DNA from: a virus
Lineage: Duplodnaviria; Caudoviricetes
Virus record (IMG/VR): IMGVR_UViG_3300049889_000047
Span: 1-43,706 of that record
Length of the DNA: 43,706 bases
Direction: 5' to 3' (one strand)
Position 1 is the first letter of the stretch. Every line of letters starts with the position of its first letter. A program made the position numbers and the translations under genes. Below the pieces are notes generated by a model. That model had not been told where the DNA came from. It saw only the letters and a list, made by a program, of their open reading frames with translations, and made no database searches. Below, piece by piece: positions 9,393 to 18,407 of this stretch.

Positions 9393-10031
9393 ATGCGCAC
9401 ACCTAGAGGCTTGATAGTGATCATAAGTTCTGTCCTGCTGGTCGGTGCGGGGATGGGTGTTGCGGTCGCTGCCCCAGGAGATCCTTGCGCGCCTGGCCGC
9501 ACACTGGTCGGGCTGTTCTGTCTACCAGATCCCAATGCAGCACCAGTGCCAGTACCCGCTCCCGAGTCGCCAGCACCACAGCCAACGCCGGCTAGGCCTG
9601 CGCCACCAGTGCATAGACAGCCAGCACCAGTTGCTCCTGCTCCCCCACCACCTGCTGCGCCAGCACCTTCGCAGTCAACGACTCCTGAGTGTCCTGCTGG
9701 CAGTGTGGCAGTCGGGCTGCTCTGTCACGAACCGTCGCCATCAGGACTACCAACCGCTGACCAGGAACGGCTTGCTCTCGTGCGACTGTGTCTACAGATC
9801 CGTGCTGGTCAGATCATCGGTGCACAGACTGGCGAGCCTATCACCACACCAGACAATTCAGCTATCAAGGCAGAGCTGGTCTGTGACATCACCAAGCCAC
9901 TGCCACCTATCGTGACACCTCCACCACCTGCGGAAACAGTACCCGCGCCAGCTCCTGTCAGTCCTCCTCAGCCTCCGACTGCAGAGCAGAACCTGCAGAA
10001 CAACCCCCAGCCAGTCGAGGTGACTCACTGA
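9393..10031 (+). CDS. Secreted Pro-rich protein
   Basis: Signal peptide; two C.(P/A)G...VGL.C modules; Pro/Ala linkers. Confidence 0.7.
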   Translation: MRTPRGLIVIISSVLLVGAGMGVAVAAPGDPCAPGRTLVGLFCLPDPNAAPVPVPAPESPAPQPTPARPAPPVHRQPAPVAPAPPPPAAPAPSQSTTPECPAGSVAVGLLCHEPSPSGLPTADQERLALVRLCLQIRAGQIIGAQTGEPITTPDNSAIKAELVCDITKPLPPIVTPPPPAETVPAPAPVSPPQPPTAEQNLQNNPQPVEVTH

Positions 10032-10076
10032 TCATGCTATTGTCGGCGCTAATCACTTCGACAAAGGGGACAACTT

Positions 10077-10409
10077 ATGGCACTCGTACACAAGCGTGTG
10101 GACGACATCGACGGTACCGAAGCAGACCGAGAGTTCACCTTCGCAGTGGACGGCACGAGCTACGCCATCGATCTTCACGACGCGAACATCAAAGAGTTTC
10201 ACGCGGCTATCGGTGGCTTCATCGAGTCAGCCCGCAAGGTCGGCAAGGTGGCTTCAGCCAGCAAGAACAGTCACGCTTCGTCTACGGTGCGCCAGAGCCG
10301 TGAGCAGACTGCAGCCATCCGAGAGTGGGCTCGCAAGGCTGGCTACAACGTCAGTGACCGCGGCCGCATCCCCAGCGAAGTGCAGAAGGCGTTCAATGAG
10401 CTGGCTTAG
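10077..10409 (+). CDS. lsr2: Lsr2 nucleoid-associated / xenogeneic silencer protein
   Basis: VDDIDG...[12 protein letters not shown] dimerisation domain and [21 protein letters not shown]-hook domain. Confidence 0.95.
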   Translation: MALVHKRVDDIDGTEADREFTFAVDGTSYAIDLHDANIKEFHAAIGGFIESARKVGKVASASKNSHASSTVRQSREQTAAIREWARKAGYNVSDRGRIPSEVQKAFNELA

Positions 10410-10550
10410 GGGTGCGCTGGCCGTGGTGTTCGTAGCCGGCGCACTAGCGGTCGGTGCTGCGTCGTTCCTCGCTCCACAGGATCCATGTACCGAGTTCACC
10501 TGCGGCGGGATCGTCTGATAGGCTTCGTCACGGTTGTTCGATCGCTCCAT

Positions 10551-10592
10551 GAACCCTGGTCAGTCTCTAAGAGCCGGCCAGGGCTCTTTACT
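10551..10592. terminator. Hairpin terminator between the converging early and late units
   Basis: gaaccctggtcagtctc-taa-gagccggccagggctc followed by tttact. Confidence 0.6.
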
Positions 10593-10593
10593 G

Positions 10594-10749
10594 TCACCAT
10601 CCCCAGCCGGTTGACGCGGGCGGCTGGGGACCTGGCCCGTTGGGTGTACCGTAGTCAGGCCCTCCGTAGTACGGACCTCCGCTAGGTGGCACCGGGTGAA
10701 CGTCAGTAGGCAGCGGCAGTGCTGAGGTGAAGATCTCTGAGATAGTCAC
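10594..10749 (-). CDS. 51-aa Pro/Gly-rich protein (not in ORF track)
   Basis: GTGA overlap with the upstream stop; MTISEIFTSALPLPTDVHP...STGWGW. Confidence 0.5.
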   Translation of the reverse strand: MTISEIFTSALPLPTDVHPVPPSGGPYYGGPDYGTPNGPGPQPPASTGWGW

Positions 10750-11279
10750 GACTGGCTCACGATCCTTCGGTAGAGGTCATCGGGACTTATCAGATTGGCC
10801 GCCCGAGCGCCAGTGTCGACACAGATGCCGGCGTAGGCGTAGCAGTCGGCGACTAGCGCTGAACACACCCGCCAGGTGTCTTGCCGAAACACTTTGTCAA
10901 GCTGGTCTTCAGTCCGCAGCTTCAGAAGTTCTAGCGCAAAGCCGATATACGAAGCGTAGTCATACGGGGTGCCAACGAGCGCTTGAGCACGAGCGATGAT
11001 AGCAAGTCGCTGGTCATCACTGAGTGATTCGTGGATGTTCCACACTGCATCAGGGTGACTGTCTGCGGACACTGTCCGGGCGACTAGCGTGTGACCCTCG
11101 ACTATCTGGCCGTTGCCTATCATGACAAATGCGTGCCCTGCCCAGGAGTCTGTGGCGTGGCGTACCAGCTCCCCGACGATGCCGACGCCGTGGCTCACCC
11201 CGTAGCAGCCAGGGGCCACCACAGAGCCGTCACGCGAGATGTAGGGCGCCAGCTCAGACAGAACGACAGGTGCGATCAT
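10746..11279 (-). CDS. Permuted papain-like (YaeF/YiiX, NlpC/P60 superfamily) amidase
   Basis: His precedes Cys: GHAFV...IVEG...GTPYDY...CSALVA. Confidence 0.8.
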   Translation of the reverse strand: MIAPVVLSELAPYISRDGSVVAPGCYGVSHGVGIVGELVRHATDSWAGHAFVMIGNGQIVEGHTLVARTVSADSHPDAVWNIHESLSDDQRLAIIARAQALVGTPYDYASYIGFALELLKLRTEDQLDKVFRQDTWRVCSALVADCYAYAGICVDTGARAANLISPDDLYRRIVSQS

Positions 11280-11288
11280 CTTCTCAGG

Positions 11289-11828
11289 CTACGTCGTCGG
11301 CTCGTTAGGTTGGTCTGCAGCTACTGGCGGTACCAGCGGCTGGTACTTAGCTGTGTTGGGCTCTGGCGGTGCTGGGATCTGACCACCTGTAAAGATCTTA
11401 TCTGATCGGCCGGTGTCGAGTGGCACGCCAGGCGTAGCCTTCGGTATGATTGGTAGCGCTCCGTGGGCACCTGTAGTCTCAGCCATGCCTGTGATGATGT
11501 AGCCCGATGGTATTTTAGTGACATTGACAACACCAGTAGTCAGACCAGCATAATTAGTAGTCGGTAAGTTGGTATAGGTAGCATCACCGATGGCTACGAT
11601 ATTAGAATACGTATTCGGATTCCATGACGTCATCACGCCGGTTTCTTGCGGTGGCTCTGGTGCTGGCTCAGCATTGCTCTTGAAAAACACTGCAATTGGC
11701 GTGAGTGCAGCAGTAGCGACAATAGCCCACACAGGTGGCTGAGGCTGAATAGGAAGTGCTGCTATTGCGGCAGTAAGCCCAGAGAAAACAGTCGCTATAA
11801 CTGTTTTATCAAAAGTAGTAAGAGCCAT
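11289..11828 (-). CDS. Holin-like membrane protein with long Pro/Thr tail
   Basis: TGATG overlap with the lysin stop; two N-terminal TM helices. Confidence 0.55.
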   Translation of the reverse strand: MALTTFDKTVIATVFSGLTAAIAALPIQPQPPVWAIVATAALTPIAVFFKSNAEPAPEPPQETGVMTSWNPNTYSNIVAIGDATYTNLPTTNYAGLTTGVVNVTKIPSGYIITGMAETTGAHGALPIIPKATPGVPLDTGRSDKIFTGGQIPAPPEPNTAKYQPLVPPVAADQPNEPTT

Positions 11829-12781
11829 CAGACGGTCGCTCTCGTTTCGAGACATAGCGTGGCGCCCTCTGGGCATGATGTCAGATCCCAAGTAATCACC
11901 AAGTGCGAAGTACCATCTTTGATGTCTTTCCATGCACGAGGCACTAAATTGTTCTTGTCGGGTGTCAATACTTTCTCGTCCCAGGTCCAGGCATTGACGC
12001 CACCAGTCGCACTCTGTGCGTAGACATCGATCTGACCAGGACCGTCCATTTCACACGTCATCGCTGACAACCATGCGAGACGCCGATCCATTGAAGCTGA
12101 GCCAGTAGGGCATCCGAGTACTTTACGACCTTTGCCACTGATAAAAAAGTTCTGCACGTTGTCATCCTCTTGTCGGGCTACTCGGGTATACGGATGCTGA
12201 CCGAAGTCAGGGCGCATCATTGCTTCGTTGACATCACACGCGATACCATCAACCACTACAGTGACAATGTGCTGGTAGATATGTGCGCGTGGATCTATTT
12301 GCCCACCTGACCAAGCACCAGCTTGCCATGCCCAGGTAGCTGTACCGTTGTCGAGACAGCGTTTTACTGGATAGAATCCACCATAGATCCCGACTCGATC
12401 GACACCGATCACACTCGCAGCGCCTTTAAGGTAACTGTCGATCGCTACTTGATCTGATTCAGTAGCATCGAAATCCGCTGAAAACATAATCGGACGTTCA
12501 TCAGCCGGATAGCCAATGCCTTCTAGCACTGATTGAGCTGATGTAGCGTCATCAACGCCTGCTGCATAACCTCGCTTCATGCGATCCGCAGTCGTTTCCC
12601 AGTTGACTACTACAGCAACGCCAGCGGCGACCAGCGCATCGTATTCAGGTTTCTTCAGCAGCTTACCGGGCAATCCTGAACCGCCATCACAGAGGTAACG
12701 GCAGACAAATCCGTAGCCAGCTTCTTTGATCGCTGATGCGCGGGGAACACCGCCCGCGAAGTCTACTCCGAGCAGTGACAT
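11828..12781 (-). CDS. Endolysin, DUF1906/Rv2525c-like GH25-related glycoside hydrolase
   Basis: GVDF...AGYGFVCRYL...NWE...PIMFSADFD...VGIYG...WQ..AWSGG. Confidence 0.85.
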   Translation of the reverse strand: MSLLGVDFAGGVPRASAIKEAGYGFVCRYLCDGGSGLPGKLLKKPEYDALVAAGVAVVVNWETTADRMKRGYAAGVDDATSAQSVLEGIGYPADERPIMFSADFDATESDQVAIDSYLKGAASVIGVDRVGIYGGFYPVKRCLDNGTATWAWQAGAWSGGQIDPRAHIYQHIVTVVVDGIACDVNEAMMRPDFGQHPYTRVARQEDDNVQNFFISGKGRKVLGCPTGSASMDRRLAWLSAMTCEMDGPGQIDVYAQSATGGVNAWTWDEKVLTPDKNNLVPRAWKDIKDGTSHLVITWDLTSCPEGATLCLETRATV

Positions 12782-12931
12782 GACTTAACCAAACTCTCTT
12801 GGATTATATCCTCGTTTATCATTTCTCAGTCGGCGACGCCATGATTTCCAACTAACCCGACATTCTACACACCGCAACTCATGAGTCAAAGCCCGATACT
12901 TGACGGGTATTATCATTAAAACTCCCTTAAC

Positions 12932-12983
12932 GAAAAATAGGCGCGGGGCTGATGCCTCACCAGGAGAGACACCAACCCCGCGC
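12932..12983 (-). terminator. Intrinsic terminator upstream of the lysin
   Basis: 18-bp stem gcgcggggttggtgtctc/gaggcatcagccccgcgc followed by ctattttt on the - strand. Confidence 0.75.
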
Positions 12984-13000
12984 ATAGGTAGTAATAGTAG

Positions 13001-13399
13001 TCAGGAGGCAGCCGGTGCTCCTGGTGCTTGCGTGCCTGTGACATCAGCCTCAGATGTGCTAGCCGCTTCAGTGCCCGCAGCAGGAGGTGCTGCTTCAACG
13101 TCTCCACCTGACGCCGCTGGCGTATTGGCCAGCGTCTGCAGCTGGTCGGCTAGTGGCTTCAGGCGCTGCACAACGCTGTTTTCTGTATCGGCTTTGGCCG
13201 TGAGGTCAGCCTGATGTTCAGCGGTGAGCTTTGTAATGGCGTCTTCTAGTTCGGTCACCAGGTCATCCACAGCGGACATTGTCGCCTTCCATGAGACTAG
13301 TGCGGCTTGCATTTCGATGAGTAACTCTATGAGATTTTCGATCTGTGGTGTTATATCGGGAGCTGGCGTCGGTGGAGCTGCTTTAGTGAACGGCCACAT
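13001..13399 (-). CDS. Coiled-coil hypothetical protein
   Basis: Heptad-like helix with an Ala/Pro tail; part of the operon. Confidence 0.6.
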   Translation of the reverse strand: MWPFTKAAPPTPAPDITPQIENLIELLIEMQAALVSWKATMSAVDDLVTELEDAITKLTAEHQADLTAKADTENSVVQRLKPLADQLQTLANTPAASGGDVEAAPPAAGTEAASTSEADVTGTQAPGAPAAS

Positions 13400-13400
13400 G

Positions 13401-13730
13401 CTAGAGGATGTTACCGATAAGGCTCTTGAGCGAGTCAATCGCATTAGCCGGTGTCTTGAGGATAGTCGTGATCGTAGACACCGGAGTTACCAATGGAGTA
13501 GCTTGCACCGCAACAGTCTTAGCAGCGACGAACACCATCACGCCAGACACAACAGCCGGCAGTAGCTTCAGCAAGCCGACCAACGCACCACCCTTGGGTA
13601 CAAGCTTGGTTGGTATCAGGCCACTGCCGAGTGCTGCGGTAAGCACGGTAGTAGCAAGGCCGACACCGACGCCTACTACGTTGGCGATGTCATGGACAGG
13701 CTTGGCTGATGCTAGATCAGGGGTAGTCAT
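13401..13730 (-). CDS. Holin-like membrane protein
   Basis: Two TM helices and a VTPV motif; near the lysis genes. Confidence 0.55.
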   Translation of the reverse strand: MTTPDLASAKPVHDIANVVGVGVGLATTVLTAALGSGLIPTKLVPKGGALVGLLKLLPAVVSGVMVFVAAKTVAVQATPLVTPVSTITTILKTPANAIDSLKSLIGNIL

Positions 13731-14416
13731 GTGGATCTCCTCTTGGGGTTACCGATCTTGGTGTGCCGCGGTGACGGCAGTCTATGAGAGTTGCGAATCG
13801 TGAGACAGTCGACAATTGCGAATGGTAGCCCAGTCAATGCAATGAGCCACCCTACTATCAGAGTGATTTCAATAGTCAACATTGAGGCTTCGCTGTGTGC
13901 TACGTAAAGCAGCTCTAGCGGAGTTATTACCAGCAAAGTAATCACAAGTGCGTCAAGAATATGCAGCCACCAAATAAGTTTGATAGGTCGTGCAGCGAGT
14001 TTCGGTGCGATGCGACGTTCAGTGTAATCTTTAGCATCAATCTCAGCGACGAATCCGAGTGTGCACAGCGCCAGCACCTCATATTCGTCTCGGACAACGA
14101 CATCCCACTCCCAGTACCGGCCGTGTTGACTGACGCACTCCGCAGTCACGGTCACTACAGCGCCCCGGACTGCCGGTGCAAGGTGCTCAACCACTTGCTT
14201 GACACCGAGAGACACCCCAGGCATCGCCGGCATGACCGCCAGCTCGCACAGCCACAGCAGCCGCGCGGTAGCGAGAACATGAGGCTTCCACCGTGAGCAC
14301 CCCAGGCAGCGGTAGATCCGCGACGCGAGATCCTTGCGCCGCACGCGGTAGCGCACGCTACGTTGGGCGCCGACTGCACCGCACTGAGCTGCTGGCTCTG
14401 GGAGGTAGGTAGTCAC
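13727..14416 (-). CDS. FlK-like hot-dog-fold thioesterase fused to two TM helices
   Basis: VLATARLLWLCE...SLGV..VVEHLAP...VTVTAE matches the fluoroacetyl-CoA thioesterase pattern. Confidence 0.65.
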   Translation of the reverse strand: MTTYLPEPAAQCGAVGAQRSVRYRVRRKDLASRIYRCLGCSRWKPHVLATARLLWLCELAVMPAMPGVSLGVKQVVEHLAPAVRGAVVTVTAECVSQHGRYWEWDVVVRDEYEVLALCTLGFVAEIDAKDYTERRIAPKLAARPIKLIWWLHILDALVITLLVITPLELLYVAHSEASMLTIEITLIVGWLIALTGLPFAIVDCLTIRNSHRLPSPRHTKIGNPKRRST

Positions 14417-14424
14417 CGGACTAT

Positions 14425-14817
14425 CTAACGACCAACCTCAGGATCAGTCACGTCAGGGTGTGCTACGACTCGCTTGCGCATCTCCTCGATCTGGCCGTTG
14501 GCGATGACCAAGTCAGTCTGGAGCTGAGCAACCAGTAGTGCCAAGCGTGAGGTCTCGCTGTTGGACCTGGCTAGCTGGTTGGCGAAGTCAGTTCGGTCAG
14601 CGCTGCGTCGGGTGTCCAGCTTTTCTAGCGCCTCAGTGAGGATCTGCACTTGCGTCTGCAACTGGGTGACCAGCGTAGAAGCCGAGGTGACGATCGCAGC
14701 GTCTGAAGTGGTGTTGAGCTGACGGATCGACGCACGCCGACTGAACAGGTAGGTTAGCAACCCGACAGCAGGCACCGACAGTGCGGCGACTATTGCAGTC
14801 AGTGAATCGAGAGTCAC
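14425..14817 (-). CDS. Membrane-anchored coiled-coil protein
   Basis: N-terminal TM followed by a coiled coil. Confidence 0.7.
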   Translation of the reverse strand: MTLDSLTAIVAALSVPAVGLLTYLFSRRASIRQLNTTSDAAIVTSASTLVTQLQTQVQILTEALEKLDTRRSADRTDFANQLARSNSETSRLALLVAQLQTDLVIANGQIEEMRKRVVAHPDVTDPEVGR

Positions 14818-15218
14818 GGTAGCGGGACTGGTTGCTTCGTAGCGGAACGCAATAGAAAGAAAATTCTACCTAGTAAAGTAACTGTGATTCCCGCGTAACC
14901 GATGCCAGAAACAATCCCTTGATTATGGAGACCTAGCACAACCCCGCCACCATAGATAGCGGCGCCCAGCGCTAAGAAAACCAGCCCAGACATTTCTCGC
15001 AACGCTGAAGTTTTAATGATACTAGACAAAGTGAGCACAGCACCGACAACCAATAGACCGCCCATAACACGAATAGCTACTGACCCGCCAAGAGTAGCAA
15101 ATGCCTTGGACGCTCCGTCACCGAGTATCAATGCTGCGATGCCGACTGCCAGAAGAGCGACTGGGAGCACTACCGGGGTCTGCGCTTTCTTCCATGCTAG
15201 GTAGAGCTTTCGGAACAC
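14814..15218 (-). CDS. 4-TM membrane protein
   Basis: AGGAGG RBS before GTG 15218; four hydrophobic helices. Confidence 0.7.
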   Translation of the reverse strand: MFRKLYLAWKKAQTPVVLPVALLAVGIAALILGDGASKAFATLGGSVAIRVMGGLLVVGAVLTLSSIIKTSALREMSGLVFLALGAAIYGGGVVLGLHNQGIVSGIGYAGITVTLLGRIFFLLRSATKQPVPLP

Positions 15219-15228
15219 TGCAGCCCTC

Positions 15229-15843
15229 CTATTTATACGCGATGTAGAGTGACACAATAGTGCCGACAGCCGCGATAAGTCCTAATGCGATAATCCACGC
15301 AGCGCTATAGCCGGACCCTTTGCCTTCACTGCGGGTAAGCCGATCAGCGATACTTTGGACCTGAACAGAGATACGATCATATTCTGCCATCACCACGTCA
15401 CGAGGGACAAAGGCTTGCATTCTGGTGGTGACTTCCTGAATACGTTCTGTATTGCGCTGAATTAACGATTCAGTTTCTTTGCGTGTGATAAACAAACTGG
15501 CTTGGTCAGAGAGTGTCTGTCGAAACTCATTAACACTAGCAAATCGTGCATCATTAGCAGCTTCTGCTTTTGATGTAGCTCTATCCGCTGATACTAGCGC
15601 AGCATCAATAGCTGCCCGCTGAGCAGTGATCGCAGCTTCTATCGCGCGTGTTTGCGCTTCAAAACGCTGCTGCTGGCGTAGCTCCATATCTGCGTTCCGT
15701 GCAGCACTGGCGTCAATCTGAGCTTCAAAACGCTGCTGATTACGTAGCTCCATGTCCGAGAATCGAGTATTGATGTGCTCTAATAATGTTGCAACAGTCC
15801 AGCCGCCTTCAAGCGGCAGCCTCTTGTTAGATACCCATGGCAT
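15229..15843 (-). CDS. Coiled-coil protein with C-terminal TM
   Basis: RFASVNEFRQTLSD motif and C-terminal anchor; start moved to ATG 15843. Confidence 0.7.
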   Translation of the reverse strand: MPWVSNKRLPLEGGWTVATLLEHINTRFSDMELRNQQRFEAQIDASAARNADMELRQQQRFEAQTRAIEAAITAQRAAIDAALVSADRATSKAEAANDARFASVNEFRQTLSDQASLFITRKETESLIQRNTERIQEVTTRMQAFVPRDVVMAEYDRISVQVQSIADRLTRSEGKGSGYSAAWIIALGLIAAVGTIVSLYIAYK

Positions 15844-16137
15844 TACAAAACGCGGCTTACTAGAGAGATATTCGTAATGATGGTATAATCGAGACAGGTG
15901 CTGGTCCACCAACGTGGTGTCTTGATTGATGACTCGGTGGCGATCGTGATGGGACACATAGCGAGTAGCGCGGCGTGGTGAGATGTCATCCACCAACCTC
16001 CCGACGCATCGGGGTGAGAAGCACACGGGGTACACCAGTTTCAATAAGAGCACGAAGCACTGATAGCGCCGACAGTGTATAGCCATGCGTAAGGTCAAAA
16101 ATCGCGTCGCTTATCATCTGCTTCTCTTTGGTGTCCA

Positions 16138-18384
16138 TTAAATTATCTCCGTGTCGCCTTGGGTCGTACCTGACATATCGGTGTCCCCGACTGCAGTGCC
16201 ACTCAATGATGTATCGCCTGATGCTGAGCTACTGACCAGTACAGTGTCTTGGCTGAGTTGTGTCAGTGCTACCGCGCCCACCGCGACGGTGTAAGTCAGC
16301 GTGACCGATCCGACCTGTGGTGGCCACGGTGGCGGAGTGTGAACTGTCGCTGCCAGGACAGCGCTGGCCAGCGTGAGCACTGAGACATCAGCAAACTTCA
16401 GTTGCCGAGCTGTGAGCAGTGCTGAGCTGGTGATGGTCGCTGTCAGCGCCGCGGTGTCAGTCCGGCTAGCTAATGCAAGTACCGATGCACTGGTCGTTGC
16501 ACTGACCGACGTTCGGTCGGTACGCGTTGCTGTAACGACGCTGGACGACGCTGTGACGATGGTGCACGACGCTGTGTCGGTGCGATGAGCAACCATCGTG
16601 GTCGAGCTGGTCGTGACTGTGCTGAGCTGTCCGACGCCGCCAGCTGTAGCAACGACAGAGCTACCAACAGTTGCGCTAGCTGTGATCGATGCTGTGTCGG
16701 TCCGAGTAGCGGTAACGCTGGCGCTAACTGTGCTAGCTAAACTGACTGCGCCGGTTTGAGTTCTAGTGCTGGTGACTGTGCTTGCTGCAGTCGTTGTGCT
16801 GGTCAGCGTTGCGGTGTCAGCTCGGATAGCAATGACACTGGCGCTAGCAGTCGTCGCTGTGCTGACCTGACCAATGAGGCTGGTGCTGACGAGTGCCGTG
16901 CTGGTTGTCGCTGCGCTAACCGCACCAGTCTGGGTTCGGGTGCCAGTGGCTGTGCTTGCTGCGGTCGTTACGCTGGTGACTGTCGCGGTATCGACCCGAG
17001 TAGCGATAACACTAGCTGCCGCTGTGCTAGCGCCAGTCAAGCTTGCTGCGTCGGTACGGCTGGCTGTAACGCTCGCTGCAGCTGTACTGGTCGAACTAGT
17101 GGTTGCCGGTCCTACAGCAGTTGTTGAGATGCTGGCGGCTGCTGTGCTGGTTGCACTAACGGCTACGGCATAGACCGCGGTAACAACAGCACTAGCTGTG
17201 GTTGTTGAGCTGACTATCGCAGTGTCAGTACGGGATGTAGTGACCGAGCTGCTTGCTGTACTGGCTGAGCTAACTGCACCGGTCTGAATTCGGGTAGCAA
17301 TAACTGCTGAACCAGCGGTACTGGTTGAACTAAGCGCGCCAGGACCTACTGAAGTAGCACTGACTGTAGCTGCAGCAGTAATTGCTGGACTAGCTGCAGC
17401 ATTAACTGATGTTGTTGCTGTAACTGTTGCTGTCGCGGTTGTAGTCGCTGCTACATCAGCACTCGGACCACCAGCGCCAGGCTGCAGCTCAACAGCGATA
17501 ACACCGTAAGTCTGCGTTGGTGCCGACATGCCGACTGTTTTCGCACCAGCCGTGCCTGAGTCGAGATAATAGCCAGCCCAGATAGTGAAAGTGCCGCCAC
17601 TGGACTGGTCAGAGTGAACAACTTCAGTAAATGTCCCGACACCACTAGTAAGATATGTTGCGGCAGTTGCTGTGTCAGGTGAAGCAACGTCAGCCATGAA
17701 GATGGCAGAGTGAGCTACTGTTGTCGTCAGACCAACCGAAGGTGCCGCACCGCCACCAGTAGCAATATTGCTGGTGCCGATCACACTAACACTAGCGAAT
17801 CGGAAAGCAGTGAACCCCCAGATAGTGCTAAATGGGTTGCTTGACACTGCTGCTGTCAGTGTGAATGTTTGTGATGATGCCGCCGTAGCTTTCCAAACCT
17901 GCAACTCGGCGTTAGTCGTTTCCGACTGCATTGACGTATAAGTGAGCCCACCACCACTAGGGGTAGACCACACCTGGTTGTTGTCGCCACAAACTTGAGT
18001 AACGAGCAGGACGTCACCAGTAGAGACTGTGACCGAGACTGTTTTCGGTGTCGTGGTAGTGCTAAAAGCACTGGTATAGCTAGTAACAAAAGAAACAGCA
18101 CCACCAACAGTGACATTAGCAGCGACTGTTGCTGCTGAAGTAATGGAAGACGTAGTACTAACAAGATCAACCCGAGTACCGACAACAGTAGTTACTGCAG
18201 TGATAGGAGCATTGATGTCAGCGTTCGCAGTAATCGAGGCAATGACAGTAGCAGTAGCGGCAGTGTCTCCTGTGACATCGCCTAACGGCGCGGGCGCAGC
18301 GCCCCATAAAGCTGTTGGATAAACCCACGGCTGGTGAACTATTGGACGTCGCTGTACTGCTCTACTTTTGCTACTGCTTGGCAT
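16138..18384 (-). CDS. Thr/Ala/Ser/Val-rich virion fibre-like protein
   Basis: About 21-aa repeats (TRTDTA...) and a beta-rich domain, in the tail module. Confidence 0.7.
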   Translation of the reverse strand: MPSSSKSRAVQRRPIVHQPWVYPTALWGAAPAPLGDVTGDTAATATVIASITANADINAPITAVTTVVGTRVDLVSTTSSITSAATVAANVTVGGAVSFVTSYTSAFSTTTTPKTVSVTVSTGDVLLVTQVCGDNNQVWSTPSGGGLTYTSMQSETTNAELQVWKATAASSQTFTLTAAVSSNPFSTIWGFTAFRFASVSVIGTSNIATGGGAAPSVGLTTTVAHSAIFMADVASPDTATAATYLTSGVGTFTEVVHSDQSSGGTFTIWAGYYLDSGTAGAKTVGMSAPTQTYGVIAVELQPGAGGPSADVAATTTATATVTATTSVNAAASPAITAAATVSATSVGPGALSSTSTAGSAVIATRIQTGAVSSASTASSSVTTSRTDTAIVSSTTTASAVVTAVYAVAVSATSTAAASISTTAVGPATTSSTSTAAASVTASRTDAASLTGASTAAASVIATRVDTATVTSVTTAASTATGTRTQTGAVSAATTSTALVSTSLIGQVSTATTASASVIAIRADTATLTSTTTAASTVTSTRTQTGAVSLASTVSASVTATRTDTASITASATVGSSVVATAGGVGQLSTVTTSSTTMVAHRTDTASCTIVTASSSVVTATRTDRTSVSATTSASVLALASRTDTAALTATITSSALLTARQLKFADVSVLTLASAVLAATVHTPPPWPPQVGSVTLTYTVAVGAVALTQLSQDTVLVSSSASGDTSLSGTAVGDTDMSGTTQGDTEII

Positions 18385-18407
18385 GTCTCAGCCCCTCACA
18401 GCAGCGA

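Noticed and set aside
10593-10745. Multi-hairpin ncRNA or ribozyme
   Set aside because: Better explained by a coupled 51-aa - strand ORF; GC-rich stems are expected by chance
16373-18322. Several + strand ORFs opposite the fibre-like gene, and similar shadow ORFs opposite the capsid, protease and tape measure genes
   Set aside because: They lie fully within long - strand genes, have no promoter or RBS, and are antisense shadows of biased codon usage
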